A stretch of 56,346 nucleotides of DNA. Origin: Chloroflexota bacterium (GTDB taxonomy: Bacteria; Chloroflexota; Dehalococcoidia; Lucifugimonadales; Lucifugimonadaceae). Positions 9,241-18,801 of this stretch are shown in pieces (within the stretch, counting starts at the first letter, position 1; every line of letters starts with the position of its first letter). Position numbers and translations under genes: made by a program. The notes under the pieces are model-generated. The model did no database searches and had not been told where the DNA came from. It saw only the letters and a list, made by a program, of their open reading frames with translations. The stretch lies in assembly GCA_002699165.1 (NCBI GenBank), contig PABO01000008.1, positions 12,044 to 68,389 of the forward strand, written 5' to 3'.

Positions 9241-9744
9241 TTGGAAGACAAAGATAAATATTTAAATTTTGGAGAGTGTTTAGGCCTTATTTCAAAATCT
9301 TTTGGAAAGCCTGGCGAAAGAACTTTTTCTATGGAGATAGAATGTAATGACAACTATATTCATCTGTGGCTTGAAAAACAGCAGTTAGCATTAATTTCTC
9401 AAAATATTATTAAATATAAATCCTTTAGTCCATCTGTGAAAAATATAAATTCATTATATGAAAAAGATGAAGTAAAGAACTATAAATTAATTGATTTTGC
9501 TCTTGAGTACAAAGAGTCTTCAAATGCTTTTGATTTTTATTTTGTAGGGGTTGATGATCAAGACAAAGGCATAGCTGCAACTTTTTCCTATCAAAATAAA
9601 TTTGCTCAATCTTTTGCTAATGAAAGCTTAAAAATTGTATCTCAAGGGCGACCTATTTGCTCACTTTGCTCTAATCCTATTAACAATGATGGCCATTTTT
9701 GTATTAAGTTGAATGGGCATATTGAGAATATAAAAATTGTCTAA
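9241..9744 (+). CDS. DUF3090-family protein
   Basis: FGKPGERTFSMEIE N-terminal motif and C-terminal GRPICSLCSNPINNDGHFC Cys/His cluster as in DUF3090. TTG start. Overlaps the next gene by 8 nt. Confidence 0.6.
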   Translation: MEDKDKYLNFGECLGLISKSFGKPGERTFSMEIECNDNYIHLWLEKQQLALISQNIIKYKSFSPSVKNINSLYEKDEVKNYKLIDFALEYKESSNAFDFYFVGVDDQDKGIAATFSYQNKFAQSFANESLKIVSQGRPICSLCSNPINNDGHFCIKLNGHIENIKIV

Positions 9745-10453
9745 ATTAGATATTGAAAAAAAATTACTTGATTTTTCTGTAGGAACAATAAGAGAAGTTA
9801 TAAATGGATCAAATAAAGTTTTTTTATGTGAGATGTGTGGGGATGAGAATGATAAATTTTTATCTATTTATAAGCCCATAAAAGGAGAAAGACCCCTTAG
9901 AGATTTTTTTGTTGGTAACTTAGCTTCTAGAGAGTTAGCATCATATGAGATATCAAAGTATTTTCAATGGCCTAGTTTACCTCCAGTCGTAATAAAGGAA
10001 GGTCCTTTTGGAGAAGGAAGTTTTCAAAAATTTATAGATCATGATCCTAAAAATAATTATTTCAATTTAATTAATGATTTTTATGATGAATTAAGCATGA
10101 TAATTATTTTTGATTTTATTATTTTGAATACTGATAGAAAAGCTGGTTCGATTATTCTAGATAATAAAAATAAAATATGGGCTATTGATCAAGCATTAAC
10201 ATTTAATCCATATACTAGATTTAGAACTGTAATGTTTGAATTTAATAAAATGAAGATAAAAGAGAAAATTTTGTTTCAAATAAAAAAATTTATAAAAGAT
10301 TTAGAAACTCAAAATAATTTATATCTCAAATTATCTAGTTTGATAACTGAGCAAGAAATAATCAGCTTAATTGAAAGATCTAAATTGTTATTGGAAAATA
10401 AAAAAATACCAACACTTGATCCTTATTCAAATGTTCCTTATCCTTTGATTTAA
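9737..10453 (+). CDS. SCO1664-family protein (PI3/PI4-kinase-like fold)
   Basis: IYKPIKGERPL (Lys motif), LNTDRKAGSIILD (DRxxxN-like catalytic loop), AIDQALTF (DFG-like). Usual partner of DUF3090. Confidence 0.6.
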   Translation: MSKLDIEKKLLDFSVGTIREVINGSNKVFLCEMCGDENDKFLSIYKPIKGERPLRDFFVGNLASRELASYEISKYFQWPSLPPVVIKEGPFGEGSFQKFIDHDPKNNYFNLINDFYDELSMIIIFDFIILNTDRKAGSIILDNKNKIWAIDQALTFNPYTRFRTVMFEFNKMKIKEKILFQIKKFIKDLETQNNLYLKLSSLITEQEIISLIERSKLLLENKKIPTLDPYSNVPYPLI

Positions 10454-10456
10454 TAT

Positions 10457-11368
10457 TTATCTTAAGAATAGATACTTTTTAAGCCTTCTAAAAAAATTTT
10501 TCTTTTGTCTTCCATTAGGTTTTATGTTTTGAAGTATAAAATTTTCAATTTCTTTGTTCGAAGCAAAGAATTTTCCTCTCCATTTTTTTAAATTTTCTAG
10601 ATCATAAAAACCATTATTGAAAAATGGTGCCCATGGATTTATATCTTCCCAAATATTTTTATTCATGTTCCCATAAAAAATACTTTTGTTAGCTTCCTTA
10701 ATTAAAATCCAAGCTGCTGCAAAATCCCATGTAAAAGCATAGCCTGAAAGTGATAATTGAGCATTCCCATTAGCTACTAGAGCAATTTCTGCAGCTGCAG
10801 ATCCTAGGTTTCTAAGCTCACCAGAATTTTTATAAAAAGAATTTTTTACTATGTATGACAAATTGAAATATGTTGGAGCAAATGACAAAATACCTGGTAC
10901 TGGAAAATCTTGAAGTCTTTGTGAATTTTTTTGAGCGAAATTTGATTTTATACCTTGATTTTTTATAGCGTAAATAACTGATTTTTTTTCCCAGGGTAAT
11001 CCTACTGCCCCTCCAATTATTTCTTTTTTATGCATAACAGCTATAGAAACACAATAAAAAGGTATTTGATTTATAAAGTTTTTTGTCCCATCAATAGGGT
11101 CAATAATCCATAAAAAATCTGACTTAACTTTTTTTTCTTCTTTACCTTCTTCTCCGAGTATTTCGTGATCTGGAAATTGTTTTTTTATCTTATTTACTAT
11201 TAAATCCTGAGAATTTAAGTCAATTTGAGTAACAGGGTTATCTCCTATGATTTCATTTTTATCAGTAATTTTAAATATTTCTTTTGATGACTTTTTTATA
11301 AGATCTAATGAATCATCTATACATTCAAGAAGTATATTTTTAATTTTATTTTCTAAATTTTTATCCAT
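10457..11368 (-). CDS. inositol monophosphatase family protein (IMPase/SuhB/HisN-like) with C-terminal extension
   Basis: ILGEEG and WIIDPIDGTKNF metal-binding motifs; WDFAAA motif. Confidence 0.8.
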   Translation of the reverse strand: MDKNLENKIKNILLECIDDSLDLIKKSSKEIFKITDKNEIIGDNPVTQIDLNSQDLIVNKIKKQFPDHEILGEEGKEEKKVKSDFLWIIDPIDGTKNFINQIPFYCVSIAVMHKKEIIGGAVGLPWEKKSVIYAIKNQGIKSNFAQKNSQRLQDFPVPGILSFAPTYFNLSYIVKNSFYKNSGELRNLGSAAAEIALVANGNAQLSLSGYAFTWDFAAAWILIKEANKSIFYGNMNKNIWEDINPWAPFFNNGFYDLENLKKWRGKFFASNKEIENFILQNIKPNGRQKKNFFRRLKKYLFLR

Positions 11369-11436
11369 TTTTTTTTATTACTAGTATATTCTTTATAATG
11401 ATAATTGATAAAAGTCTAATTTTAAAAGAGTAAATA

Positions 11437-12012
11437 GTGTTTAAATTATTTCAAAAAAATAACTTTCTTGATGAATTGTGGAAAAACTTTCAAATTCTCT
11501 TAAGTTTAGAATCTGATAAAAAACCTCAAATTCACATATTAAATACTTCTGGACTATTGATTTCTACTCATAGTAAGAATGATTTCACAAAAAATATAAA
11601 AGATAATATTGAATCTATTCTTAACGACGGAGAATCTTCAACAAATACAAATGTTGAAGTGATTGAAGATAGCTCAGATATGTATTGGTTGATACTTAAA
11701 GATAGTGATAGGCATGATTTGTTGTCTTCAAGTTATACAACATTGAATGCATTGCATTCTAACGGTTCTCTTCCAAATATTTTGGCATTAGTAGTAAAAA
11801 TAGAATTTTTTACAGATAATGAAAAAAATATTATTTCCTTAATTTTTAGAGCAGATACAAAAACTATTTATCCTTTTATGCCAATTTCTGAAAATCCTAA
11901 ATCTAGAAATAAAGATTTAGAAATTCTATTTGCCAAATTCTTAAGAAAAAACAAAATCAAGATAGAAAATTCACAAAATAAATGGCTCGGTGTGTGGGGG
12001 ATGCCTTTTTGA
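11437..12012 (+). CDS. hypothetical protein
   Basis: 191-aa ORF with GTG start after an AAAGAG SD. No recognisable motif. 3' end overlaps or abuts the next ORF. Confidence 0.4.
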   Translation: MFKLFQKNNFLDELWKNFQILLSLESDKKPQIHILNTSGLLISTHSKNDFTKNIKDNIESILNDGESSTNTNVEVIEDSSDMYWLILKDSDRHDLLSSSYTTLNALHSNGSLPNILALVVKIEFFTDNEKNIISLIFRADTKTIYPFMPISENPKSRNKDLEILFAKFLRKNKIKIENSQNKWLGVWGMPF

Positions 12013-12551
12013 AAATAGGAATAATTGGAGATATAGAAAAAAAATTTTCACAGAAGATTATAAATATTTACGATGAAAGTTTAGAGTTTACATGTGAATC
12101 GAAGCATGATTTCAGTGGATTGATAATACTATCTAAAGAATTGAATTTTGAAGAAAAAGAACTTATTTATAAGTCAGAAGAATTAAGTGCTCCCATTATT
12201 GGTATTCAAGATGGGTTTGATGGATTAAATTTATTTTTTGGAGGAAATGATAGTACATTAACTTCAGACTCTGTTAATCAACTTTTTCTTAGTCCAGGAG
12301 CAAAACTTTCTCATATTGTAGGAGGCTCTGGATGGGTAAAAGGAGATATTAAATTGGACAAAACAATTTTTAGTAAAGATTTATCTGATGCTTTCTTTTC
12401 TTCAATGATTTCTGATAAAGGTGAGATTTTAGGATTTGAAAAACCAGGAGTTGATTGGCAATTCGGTTTAAGATTTGATGTTTTTTCTCCAGATATTCCA
12501 AGAGGATTTGAAAATATCATAAAGGTTTTTCTTGACAAATGTAATGAATAG
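11982..12551 (+). CDS. class-I glutamine amidotransferase-like (peptidase C26-like) protein lacking the catalytic triad
   Basis: PIIGIQDGFDGLNLFFGG aligns with the P-LGICRG-Q-LN---GG nucleophile elbow (Cys->Gln). WQFGLRFDVF aligns with LGVQWHPE (His/Glu lost). Start ambiguous: ATG 11982, GTG 11994 or TTG 12009. Confidence 0.45.
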   Translation: MARCVGDAFLKIGIIGDIEKKFSQKIINIYDESLEFTCESKHDFSGLIILSKELNFEEKELIYKSEELSAPIIGIQDGFDGLNLFFGGNDSTLTSDSVNQLFLSPGAKLSHIVGGSGWVKGDIKLDKTIFSKDLSDAFFSSMISDKGEILGFEKPGVDWQFGLRFDVFSPDIPRGFENIIKVFLDKCNE

Positions 12552-12576
12552 TAAAAAATACTTGTAAGAAACTCCT

Positions 12577-12596
12577 CGCGCGCTTGCGCGCGCGCG
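12577..12596. repeat. alternating CG tract / GC-only palindrome (CG)3C-TT-(GC)5G, REP-like, between an upstream ORF and gyrA
   Basis: Read directly: cgcgcgcttgcgcgcgcgcg. The 26-bp GC-rich core (12574-12599) has 9/10 matching terminal inverted repeats and is flanked by GAAACT direct repeats at 12568-12573 and 12600-12605. Confidence 0.85.
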
Positions 12597-12641
12597 TGGG
12601 AAACTATAGTTTATTTATAAATAGATAATTGGGGTAAATAT

Positions 12642-15221
12642 ATGGTTGCTGATAATAACTTAGGCGACATTAGAGATGTAAGTATACAAGATGAGATGAA
12701 AAGCTCTTATCTTGACTATGCAATGAGCGTGATAGTTTCTAGGGCGCTTCCTGATGTAAGAGATGGCTTGAAGCCTGTTCAAAGGAGAGTTCTTTATGCA
12801 ATGCATGATCAAGGGATGCGACCAGGATCCTCTTATAAAAAAAGCGCAAGGCTTGTAGGTGAAGTGTTGGGTAAATACCATCCTCATGGGGATAGTTCTG
12901 TTTATGCAGCTCAAGTTAGGATGGCTCAACCTTTTTCAATGAGATACCCATTGGTTGATGGGCAGGGAAATTATGGAAGTGTTGATGGAGATCCTGCAGC
13001 GGCTATGAGGTACACAGAATGTAAACTTTCTCCTATAACTGAATCTTTGCTTAGTGACATTGAAAAAGAGACTGTGGATTGGACTGATAACTTTGATCAA
13101 TCGCTAAAAGAACCATCTGTTTTGCCCGCAATTCTTCCTAATTTGCTAGTAAATGGAGCCTCAGGGATTGCTGTTGGAATGGCTACTAATATCCCTCCTC
13201 ATAATCTAAGTGAAATATGTGATGGAATTGCAATGGTTATAGATGATCCAACATCAAATGTTGATGATTTAATGAAAGTAGTAAAGGGGCCTGATTTTCC
13301 TACCGGAGCAGAAATATGGGGATTGTCTGGAGTAAGGGATGCTTTTGCAACAGGGAGAGGAAGAGTTGTTGTTCAAGCTAAGCATATTCTTGAGGATGTC
13401 AAAAAACAAGAGAGACAAAGAATCGTATTTACCGAAATACCATATCAAGTTAACAAAGCATCCTTAATTATGAAAATTGCGGAAATGATAAAGACTAAAA
13501 AATTAGAAGGTGTATCTGAAGTTAGAGATGAATCTGATAGAAAAGGAATGAGGGTTGTTCTTGAACTAAGAAGAGGGACTTCATCTAGTTTGATACTAAA
13601 TAATTTATATAAACAAACTCAATTGAGATCTTCTTTTTCAGTCAACATGATAGCTCTAGTAGATGGTACTCCACAAATATTAAATTTAAAGCAAACAATT
13701 AACCATTATATTGCTTTTAGAGAAGAAGTTATTCGAAGAAGAGCTGAGTATGAATTGAGACGTGCAAAAGCAAGATTACATGTTTTGGAGGGATTAAGAA
13801 TTGCAATTCAAAATCTTGATAAAGTAATTGAGCTAATTAGGGCTTCCGAAGATGTAGTGGCCGCAAGAAATTCCTTAATGTCAGAATTTAAATTAACTGA
13901 AATTCAATCTCAAGCTATTTTAGATATGCAATTAAGAAGACTTGCCGCCCTAGAAATAGAAAAAATAGAAAATGAATTTAAGGAATTGACAGAGACTGTT
14001 GCTGATTTAGAAGATTTACTTTCGAATCAATCAAGAATATTAAATGTCATAAAAACAGAAACTCTTCAATTGAAAAGAAAATATGGAGAAGATCGAAGGA
14101 CTCTAATAAATGAAACAGATTTAAGGGAATGGAAAAGAGAAGACATGGAACCACATTTAGAAGTAGTTATTACTCTTTCTAAAGGTGGATACGTAAAAAG
14201 AATCCTGTCTAGTACTTATAGAGCACAGCATAGAGGTGGGAAGGGTGTAAAGGGTCAGAGAATGACTAAGGATGGAGACATAGTTCCTTATATCCAAGTT
14301 GCAGACACGCATGACACACTGTTATTTTTTACCGACAAAGGAAGAGTATTTTCATTAAGGGTTTTTGAAATGTCGGCTGACCAGTCAAGAACTTCTAGAG
14401 GTACGCCTATAGCAAACATTATTAATCTTGGTCCTAATGAAAAAGTTACTGCTATGATTACTGTTTCAAGCTTGCTTGAAGATACATATTTAATAATGGT
14501 AACTAAGACAGGTAAAGTTAAGAGAATGCATTTGCCTCTTCTTAGGAATATGAATAAAGCTGGTTTAAACACTTTTAAATTGGGTAAAGATGAGTTAGTT
14601 TCTGTATCTTTGGCTGATGAGAATGAAGATGTAGTAATTGTTACCAGAGAAGGTTTATCAATAAGGTTTCCTTCAGATCAAATTAGACCAACTCAAAGAG
14701 GGGCAGGAGGAATCAGAGGAATTAGAATGAAAACCTCTCAAGATGTAGTTGTCTATAGCGATGTTGTAAATGACGATGGATATTTGTTGATTGTTGGAAG
14801 AAGAGGAAAAGGTAAATTAAGTGCATTTAGACATTACAGATCTCAAAATAGAGGTGGTTCAGGACTATTGACTCTGAAGGTTACTTCAAATACTGGTAAA
14901 GTTGCTGCTGGAGCTATAGTAAGTGAAGAACTTGTAGAAGATTCTGAAGGAAAGTTGTTTTTATTGACAGATAAAGCTCAAGTATTAAGGACAAGGCTAG
15001 GTGAAATACGAAGAACAGGCAGAGTTGCTCAAGGAGTCAAAATTGTTGATCCTGGTCCAGGAGATGCGATTAGCGGTATTCGAGTTCTTGAAGATAGAAG
15101 AAAAGCGAGGAAAGAGGTTGATTTAGAATCACTTTCTATACAATCAGAAAACATTGAGGAATCAGAAAACATTGAGGAATCAGAAAACATTGAGGAATCA
15201 GAAAACTCTGAAGAAAAATAA
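12642..15221 (+). CDS. gyrA: DNA gyrase subunit A
   Basis: [50 protein letters not shown] (active-site Tyr), and a C-terminal beta-pinwheel with a QRGGKGV GyrA-box-like motif. 859 aa. Confidence 0.96.
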   Translation: MVADNNLGDIRDVSIQDEMKSSYLDYAMSVIVSRALPDVRDGLKPVQRRVLYAMHDQGMRPGSSYKKSARLVGEVLGKYHPHGDSSVYAAQVRMAQPFSMRYPLVDGQGNYGSVDGDPAAAMRYTECKLSPITESLLSDIEKETVDWTDNFDQSLKEPSVLPAILPNLLVNGASGIAVGMATNIPPHNLSEICDGIAMVIDDPTSNVDDLMKVVKGPDFPTGAEIWGLSGVRDAFATGRGRVVVQAKHILEDVKKQERQRIVFTEIPYQVNKASLIMKIAEMIKTKKLEGVSEVRDESDRKGMRVVLELRRGTSSSLILNNLYKQTQLRSSFSVNMIALVDGTPQILNLKQTINHYIAFREEVIRRRAEYELRRAKARLHVLEGLRIAIQNLDKVIELIRASEDVVAARNSLMSEFKLTEIQSQAILDMQLRRLAALEIEKIENEFKELTETVADLEDLLSNQSRILNVIKTETLQLKRKYGEDRRTLINETDLREWKREDMEPHLEVVITLSKGGYVKRILSSTYRAQHRGGKGVKGQRMTKDGDIVPYIQVADTHDTLLFFTDKGRVFSLRVFEMSADQSRTSRGTPIANIINLGPNEKVTAMITVSSLLEDTYLIMVTKTGKVKRMHLPLLRNMNKAGLNTFKLGKDELVSVSLADENEDVVIVTREGLSIRFPSDQIRPTQRGAGGIRGIRMKTSQDVVVYSDVVNDDGYLLIVGRRGKGKLSAFRHYRSQNRGGSGLLTLKVTSNTGKVAAGAIVSEELVEDSEGKLFLLTDKAQVLRTRLGEIRRTGRVAQGVKIVDPGPGDAISGIRVLEDRRKARKEVDLESLSIQSENIEESENIEESENIEESENSEEK
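15144..15215 (+). repeat. 18-bp coding tandem repeat (3 perfect + 1 diverged copy) forming the acidic GyrA tail (SENIEE)3-SENSEE
   Basis: tcagaaaacattgaggaa at 15144, 15162 and 15180. Variant tcagaaaactctgaagaa at 15198. Confidence 0.9.
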
Positions 15222-15683
15222 ATGATTGATGAGATGGACTTTAGAAAATCTTGGAGTTTTTTCCCTACAGGGGTTTCTATACTAGCTGCAAAAAATCAAA
15301 AAGATAGTATTCATGGAATGACGGCTAGCTCAGTTATGAGCATTTCATTAGATCCTCCTATAATAATGGTTTCTATAGGTATAGAAAGATCAATTCTTGA
15401 AAACATTGAAAGAAGTGAATTTGTTTCGGTTTCATTGTTATCAAATAATCAATCAAATATAGCTACCTATTTTTCAAAACCACATGCCTCTAATCATGAT
15501 TTTTTTTATAATAATAATGATGTTTTTTTTATAAAAGATTGTCTTGGTTATTTTTTTTGTAAGAAGAATGATTTTATTAAAGTTGGAGATCATATAGTTT
15601 ATTTTCTTGAAGTGAAAGAAATAGAATTTGATGATAAACCTCCATTGGTTTGGTATAAAGGGAAATTTGAAAATAGTTTATGA
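15222..15683 (+). CDS. flavin reductase-like FMN-binding (split-barrel) protein
   Basis: FRKSWSFFPTGVSILAA...GMTASSVMSISLDPPIIMVSI pattern of the HpaC/flavin reductase family. ATG immediately follows the gyrA stop. Confidence 0.72.
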   Translation: MIDEMDFRKSWSFFPTGVSILAAKNQKDSIHGMTASSVMSISLDPPIIMVSIGIERSILENIERSEFVSVSLLSNNQSNIATYFSKPHASNHDFFYNNNDVFFIKDCLGYFFCKKNDFIKVGDHIVYFLEVKEIEFDDKPPLVWYKGKFENSL

Positions 15684-17026
15684 AAGTTGCATGTTTATCT
15701 ATGGCCCCACTTTATGGGGAATTTGTTTTGGGAGGATCTCAGAAAGTTCTAAATGATATTATTTTGGGATTAAGAAAAAATAATATCGAGATGAGAGTAT
15801 TTTCTCCTAAAGAATCAAATATAACTAAGGATTCATATATAGGAGATGTAAAGATAGAAAAATCTTTACATTTATCAGGTAGTTTTCCTTCCCCTTTTGA
15901 AATACCTTTATATGAAATTCAGGATTTGAGTAATAAATTATTAGAAATTACTGATTGGGCTGACAGGATTTATCTTCATGGAGATGGATGGTTTCTAAGA
16001 GATGAATTTTCTAACAAAATGATTATTAGTGGGATTCATGATTTGGTATATCAAGAATCGTTATCTTCGGTATTTTCTTTTTTATCAAACAACACTATAG
16101 TTCCTTCTAACTATTTATTAGAAACAATTCATTCTTCAATAGATAATAAAAAATTTAGTTCAAATAATTTTTCAGTTATTCCGAATTCAATATCTTTAGA
16201 TACAAATAAAAATATTAAGAACAAAGAATTAGATGAAAATTTGGTAATTCTATTTCCGCACCGCCCTGATCCTAGAAAAGGATTTAATAAAGCAATTGAG
16301 ATAGCAAATGAATTTGCAAAAACTAAAAATTGGAAAAATGTCATCTTAAAGTCATGCACTTTTAATAAATCTCTTAATAAGGATAAAAAAAACACAGAAT
16401 TCTTAGAAGATAAAAATTATAAAGAATTTCTTTCCAATAATGGTGAGGTGATTTTTAATGATTGGATTCCATTCAATAAAATGGGAGACTTTTACTCCTC
16501 GGGAGACTTAACTCTGTGCCCAGGAGACTTTATAGAATCATTTGGATTAGTCCCCCTAGAATCATTAGCTAATAATACTCCTGCACTTTGTAGTTCAGTA
16601 GGTGCTTTTAGAGATCTAAGAAATATTCCAGGAATAGAACTTATTTCTTATGGGTATATAAAAGATTTTGTGGAAAAAGGAATGGAGATAATTAATAATA
16701 AAGATGAAATTTCTAAAGGAAAAAATTTTATCTTAAGTGAATTCTCTAATCAAAAAATGATTGATTCCTACGTAGAAAAAATTACAAATCCTAATAATAA
16801 GGAAGATCATGATTTTAAGTATATTAAATCAGGATCAGATAATTTATATCTAGCCCCATGGTGCTCTGTAGAAAATGATATTATTTATCATGACTATTTA
16901 GGTTGGATGCCAAAAACTAAGGACAAAATAACAGTAAATGATTCTGGTGAATTATTAGTAGACAGCACAATTGTCCAATATGGAATAAATAAAAGAATTT
17001 TAATCCCTACTTATATTGATGAATAA
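15680..17026 (+). CDS. GT-B glycosyltransferase (GT4-like) with C-terminal extension
   Basis: PHRPDPRKGF and ESFGLVPLESLANNTPALCSSVGAF (E-x7-E-type donor-binding motif). 4-nt overlap with the upstream gene. Confidence 0.6.
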   Translation: MKVACLSMAPLYGEFVLGGSQKVLNDIILGLRKNNIEMRVFSPKESNITKDSYIGDVKIEKSLHLSGSFPSPFEIPLYEIQDLSNKLLEITDWADRIYLHGDGWFLRDEFSNKMIISGIHDLVYQESLSSVFSFLSNNTIVPSNYLLETIHSSIDNKKFSSNNFSVIPNSISLDTNKNIKNKELDENLVILFPHRPDPRKGFNKAIEIANEFAKTKNWKNVILKSCTFNKSLNKDKKNTEFLEDKNYKEFLSNNGEVIFNDWIPFNKMGDFYSSGDLTLCPGDFIESFGLVPLESLANNTPALCSSVGAFRDLRNIPGIELISYGYIKDFVEKGMEIINNKDEISKGKNFILSEFSNQKMIDSYVEKITNPNNKEDHDFKYIKSGSDNLYLAPWCSVENDIIYHDYLGWMPKTKDKITVNDSGELLVDSTIVQYGINKRILIPTYIDE

Positions 17027-17092
17027 AGCAAAGAAAAAATTACTTTTTTTGTGTACAATTAAGTTTTGTACTTCCTTTGATAAGGTGAAATT

Positions 17093-17437
17093 ATGGACTA
17101 TGCAATTATAAAAACAGGTGGAAAACAATATAGAGTTAGAGAAGGCGATTCCTTAACTGTCGAAAAACTAGAAGGTAATTCTGGTGATAGTGTTTTATTT
17201 GAAGATGTTTTGATGACTTCCTTAAAAGGGAAAATTAGTGTTGGAGAACCTGTTGTTACAGGTGCTGTTGTTAAGGCTAAAATTGAAGATCAAGCTAAAG
17301 CAAAAAAAGTTATTTCTCTTAGATATAAAAACAAAACCAGACACAGAGTAAAAACTGGACATAGACAACATATCACTAACGTTGTTATAGAAAGTATATC
17401 TATAAAAAAGGCAAGGAGTAAATCTAGTGGCACATAA
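17093..17437 (+). CDS. rplU: 50S ribosomal protein L21
   Basis: [19 protein letters not shown] start and [16 protein letters not shown]. Confidence 0.92.
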   Translation: MDYAIIKTGGKQYRVREGDSLTVEKLEGNSGDSVLFEDVLMTSLKGKISVGEPVVTGAVVKAKIEDQAKAKKVISLRYKNKTRHRVKTGHRQHITNVVIESISIKKARSKSSGT

Positions 17438-17696
17438 AAAAGGTGGAGGAACCAGTAGGAATGGTAGAGATAGTGCCGGTAAAAGGCTTGGTGTAAAAGC
17501 TTTTGGTGGTAAATTCGTAACTGCTGGATCTATTATAGTTAGACAACGTGGAACTAGATTTTTACCTGGAGTCAATGTTGGTCTTGGAAGAGATCATACT
17601 CTCTTTTCAAAAATTGATGGGATCGTATCTTTCGATTGGGCATCCAAGGGTAAAAGAAGACTAAGTGTTTATTCCGATGAAAAGGTGAAACAATGA
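17427..17696 (+). CDS. rpmA: 50S ribosomal protein L27
   Basis: (M)[23 protein letters not shown]...[11 protein letters not shown] start overlapping the rplU end by 11 nt. Confidence 0.93.
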   Translation: MAHKKGGGTSRNGRDSAGKRLGVKAFGGKFVTAGSIIVRQRGTRFLPGVNVGLGRDHTLFSKIDGIVSFDWASKGKRRLSVYSDEKVKQ

Positions 17697-17896
17697 AAAA
17701 AGATACTCATCCAACTATTTTTCAAGCTGATGTTGTTTGTTCGGGATGTTCTGAAACCTGGAAAACATTATCTACTCGTGAAAAAATAGCAGTGGAAATT
17801 TGTAGTAGTTGTCATCCTGCATGGACTGGTGAACAAAGAATAGTTGACACAGAAGGTAGAGTTGATCGAATGAAGAGAAGATACAACCTTCAGTAA
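17693..17896 (+). CDS. rpmE: 50S ribosomal protein L31 (Zn-ribbon type)
   Basis: MKKDTHP..., CSGC...CSSCHP Cys pairs. ATGA overlap with rpmA. Confidence 0.9.
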   Translation: MKKDTHPTIFQADVVCSGCSETWKTLSTREKIAVEICSSCHPAWTGEQRIVDTEGRVDRMKRRYNLQ

Positions 17897-17907
17897 ACTC
17901 ATAGATA

Positions 17908-18795
17908 ATGAAAAAGCATTTTTATGGTGGACAAGCTGTTATAGAAGGTGTAATGATACGGGGTATGAAAAACTGTGTTGTTGCAGTTCGAAATAAAAAT
18001 CAAGAAATCATTATAAATCAAATAAAATTACCTTCATTTACAAATTCATATTTTAAAAAAATCCCATTTATAAGAGGACTTTTTATATTAGTTGAAATGA
18101 TGGTAATAGGTTTTAGAGCTCTTTCTAAGTCTTCTGAAATTATTGACCAAACTGAAGAAAATAATCTTTCTAATCTAGAAAAGTTCTTTTCATATCTTTT
18201 TAGTACTTTTTTTCTTTTATTTGTATTGTCTATTTTTTTATTATTACCTCTTTTTTTGTCTGATAGAATAATTTTTGTTGAAGATAATTTTATTATTAAT
18301 AATATTATTGAAGGTTTAGTAAGATTAGTTTTTTTTATAGCCTATGTATATCTAATTGGACTAAATAAAGATATCAAGAGAGTCTTTGCTTATCATGGAG
18401 CTGAACATAAGACGATTGCGGCCTATGAGGATAATCTAGAATTAAATTCTAATAGTATAGATAAAATTCAAAAGTATAATAAAGAGCATCCAAGATGTGG
18501 AACAAGTTTTATTATGACTGTGATTTTAGTATCAATAATTCTTCATGTTTTTATTCCCAGAGAGCCCTTATTACTTTTATATTCTTCAAGATTATTTTTA
18601 TTCCCTTTTATAGCAGGAATAGCATACGAATTGATAAGATTTTCGAGTGTAACATCTGAAAATCTTTTTTCTAGGCTTCTATCATATCCAAATATACTAA
18701 TGCAAAAATTAACTACTGCAGAACCAGACAAAGAAATGGTTGAAGTTGCAATAGAGGCTATAAATGAATCAATAAGGCTAGATAACTTAAATTAA
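17908..18795 (+). CDS. DUF1385-family membrane protein
   Basis: YGGQAVIEGVMIRG and YHGAEHKTI motifs; internal TM helices. Confidence 0.8.
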   Translation: MKKHFYGGQAVIEGVMIRGMKNCVVAVRNKNQEIIINQIKLPSFTNSYFKKIPFIRGLFILVEMMVIGFRALSKSSEIIDQTEENNLSNLEKFFSYLFSTFFLLFVLSIFLLLPLFLSDRIIFVEDNFIINNIIEGLVRLVFFIAYVYLIGLNKDIKRVFAYHGAEHKTIAAYEDNLELNSNSIDKIQKYNKEHPRCGTSFIMTVILVSIILHVFIPREPLLLLYSSRLFLFPFIAGIAYELIRFSSVTSENLFSRLLSYPNILMQKLTTAEPDKEMVEVAIEAINESIRLDNLN

Positions 18796-18801
18796 AATAA
18801 A

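Noticed and set aside
12577-12596. The GC palindrome as a Rho-independent terminator of the upstream ORF.
   Set aside because: The stem is strong, but the loop is only 2-4 nt and no T-run follows (gtgggaaactatag). Kept as a finding under other interpretations.
15144-15215. Tandem repeats as a CRISPR array or non-coding VNTR (also 35647-35685).
   Set aside because: Units are 18 and 12 bp with no spacers, in frame, and inside gyrA and actB1 coding sequence. No cas genes are in the window.
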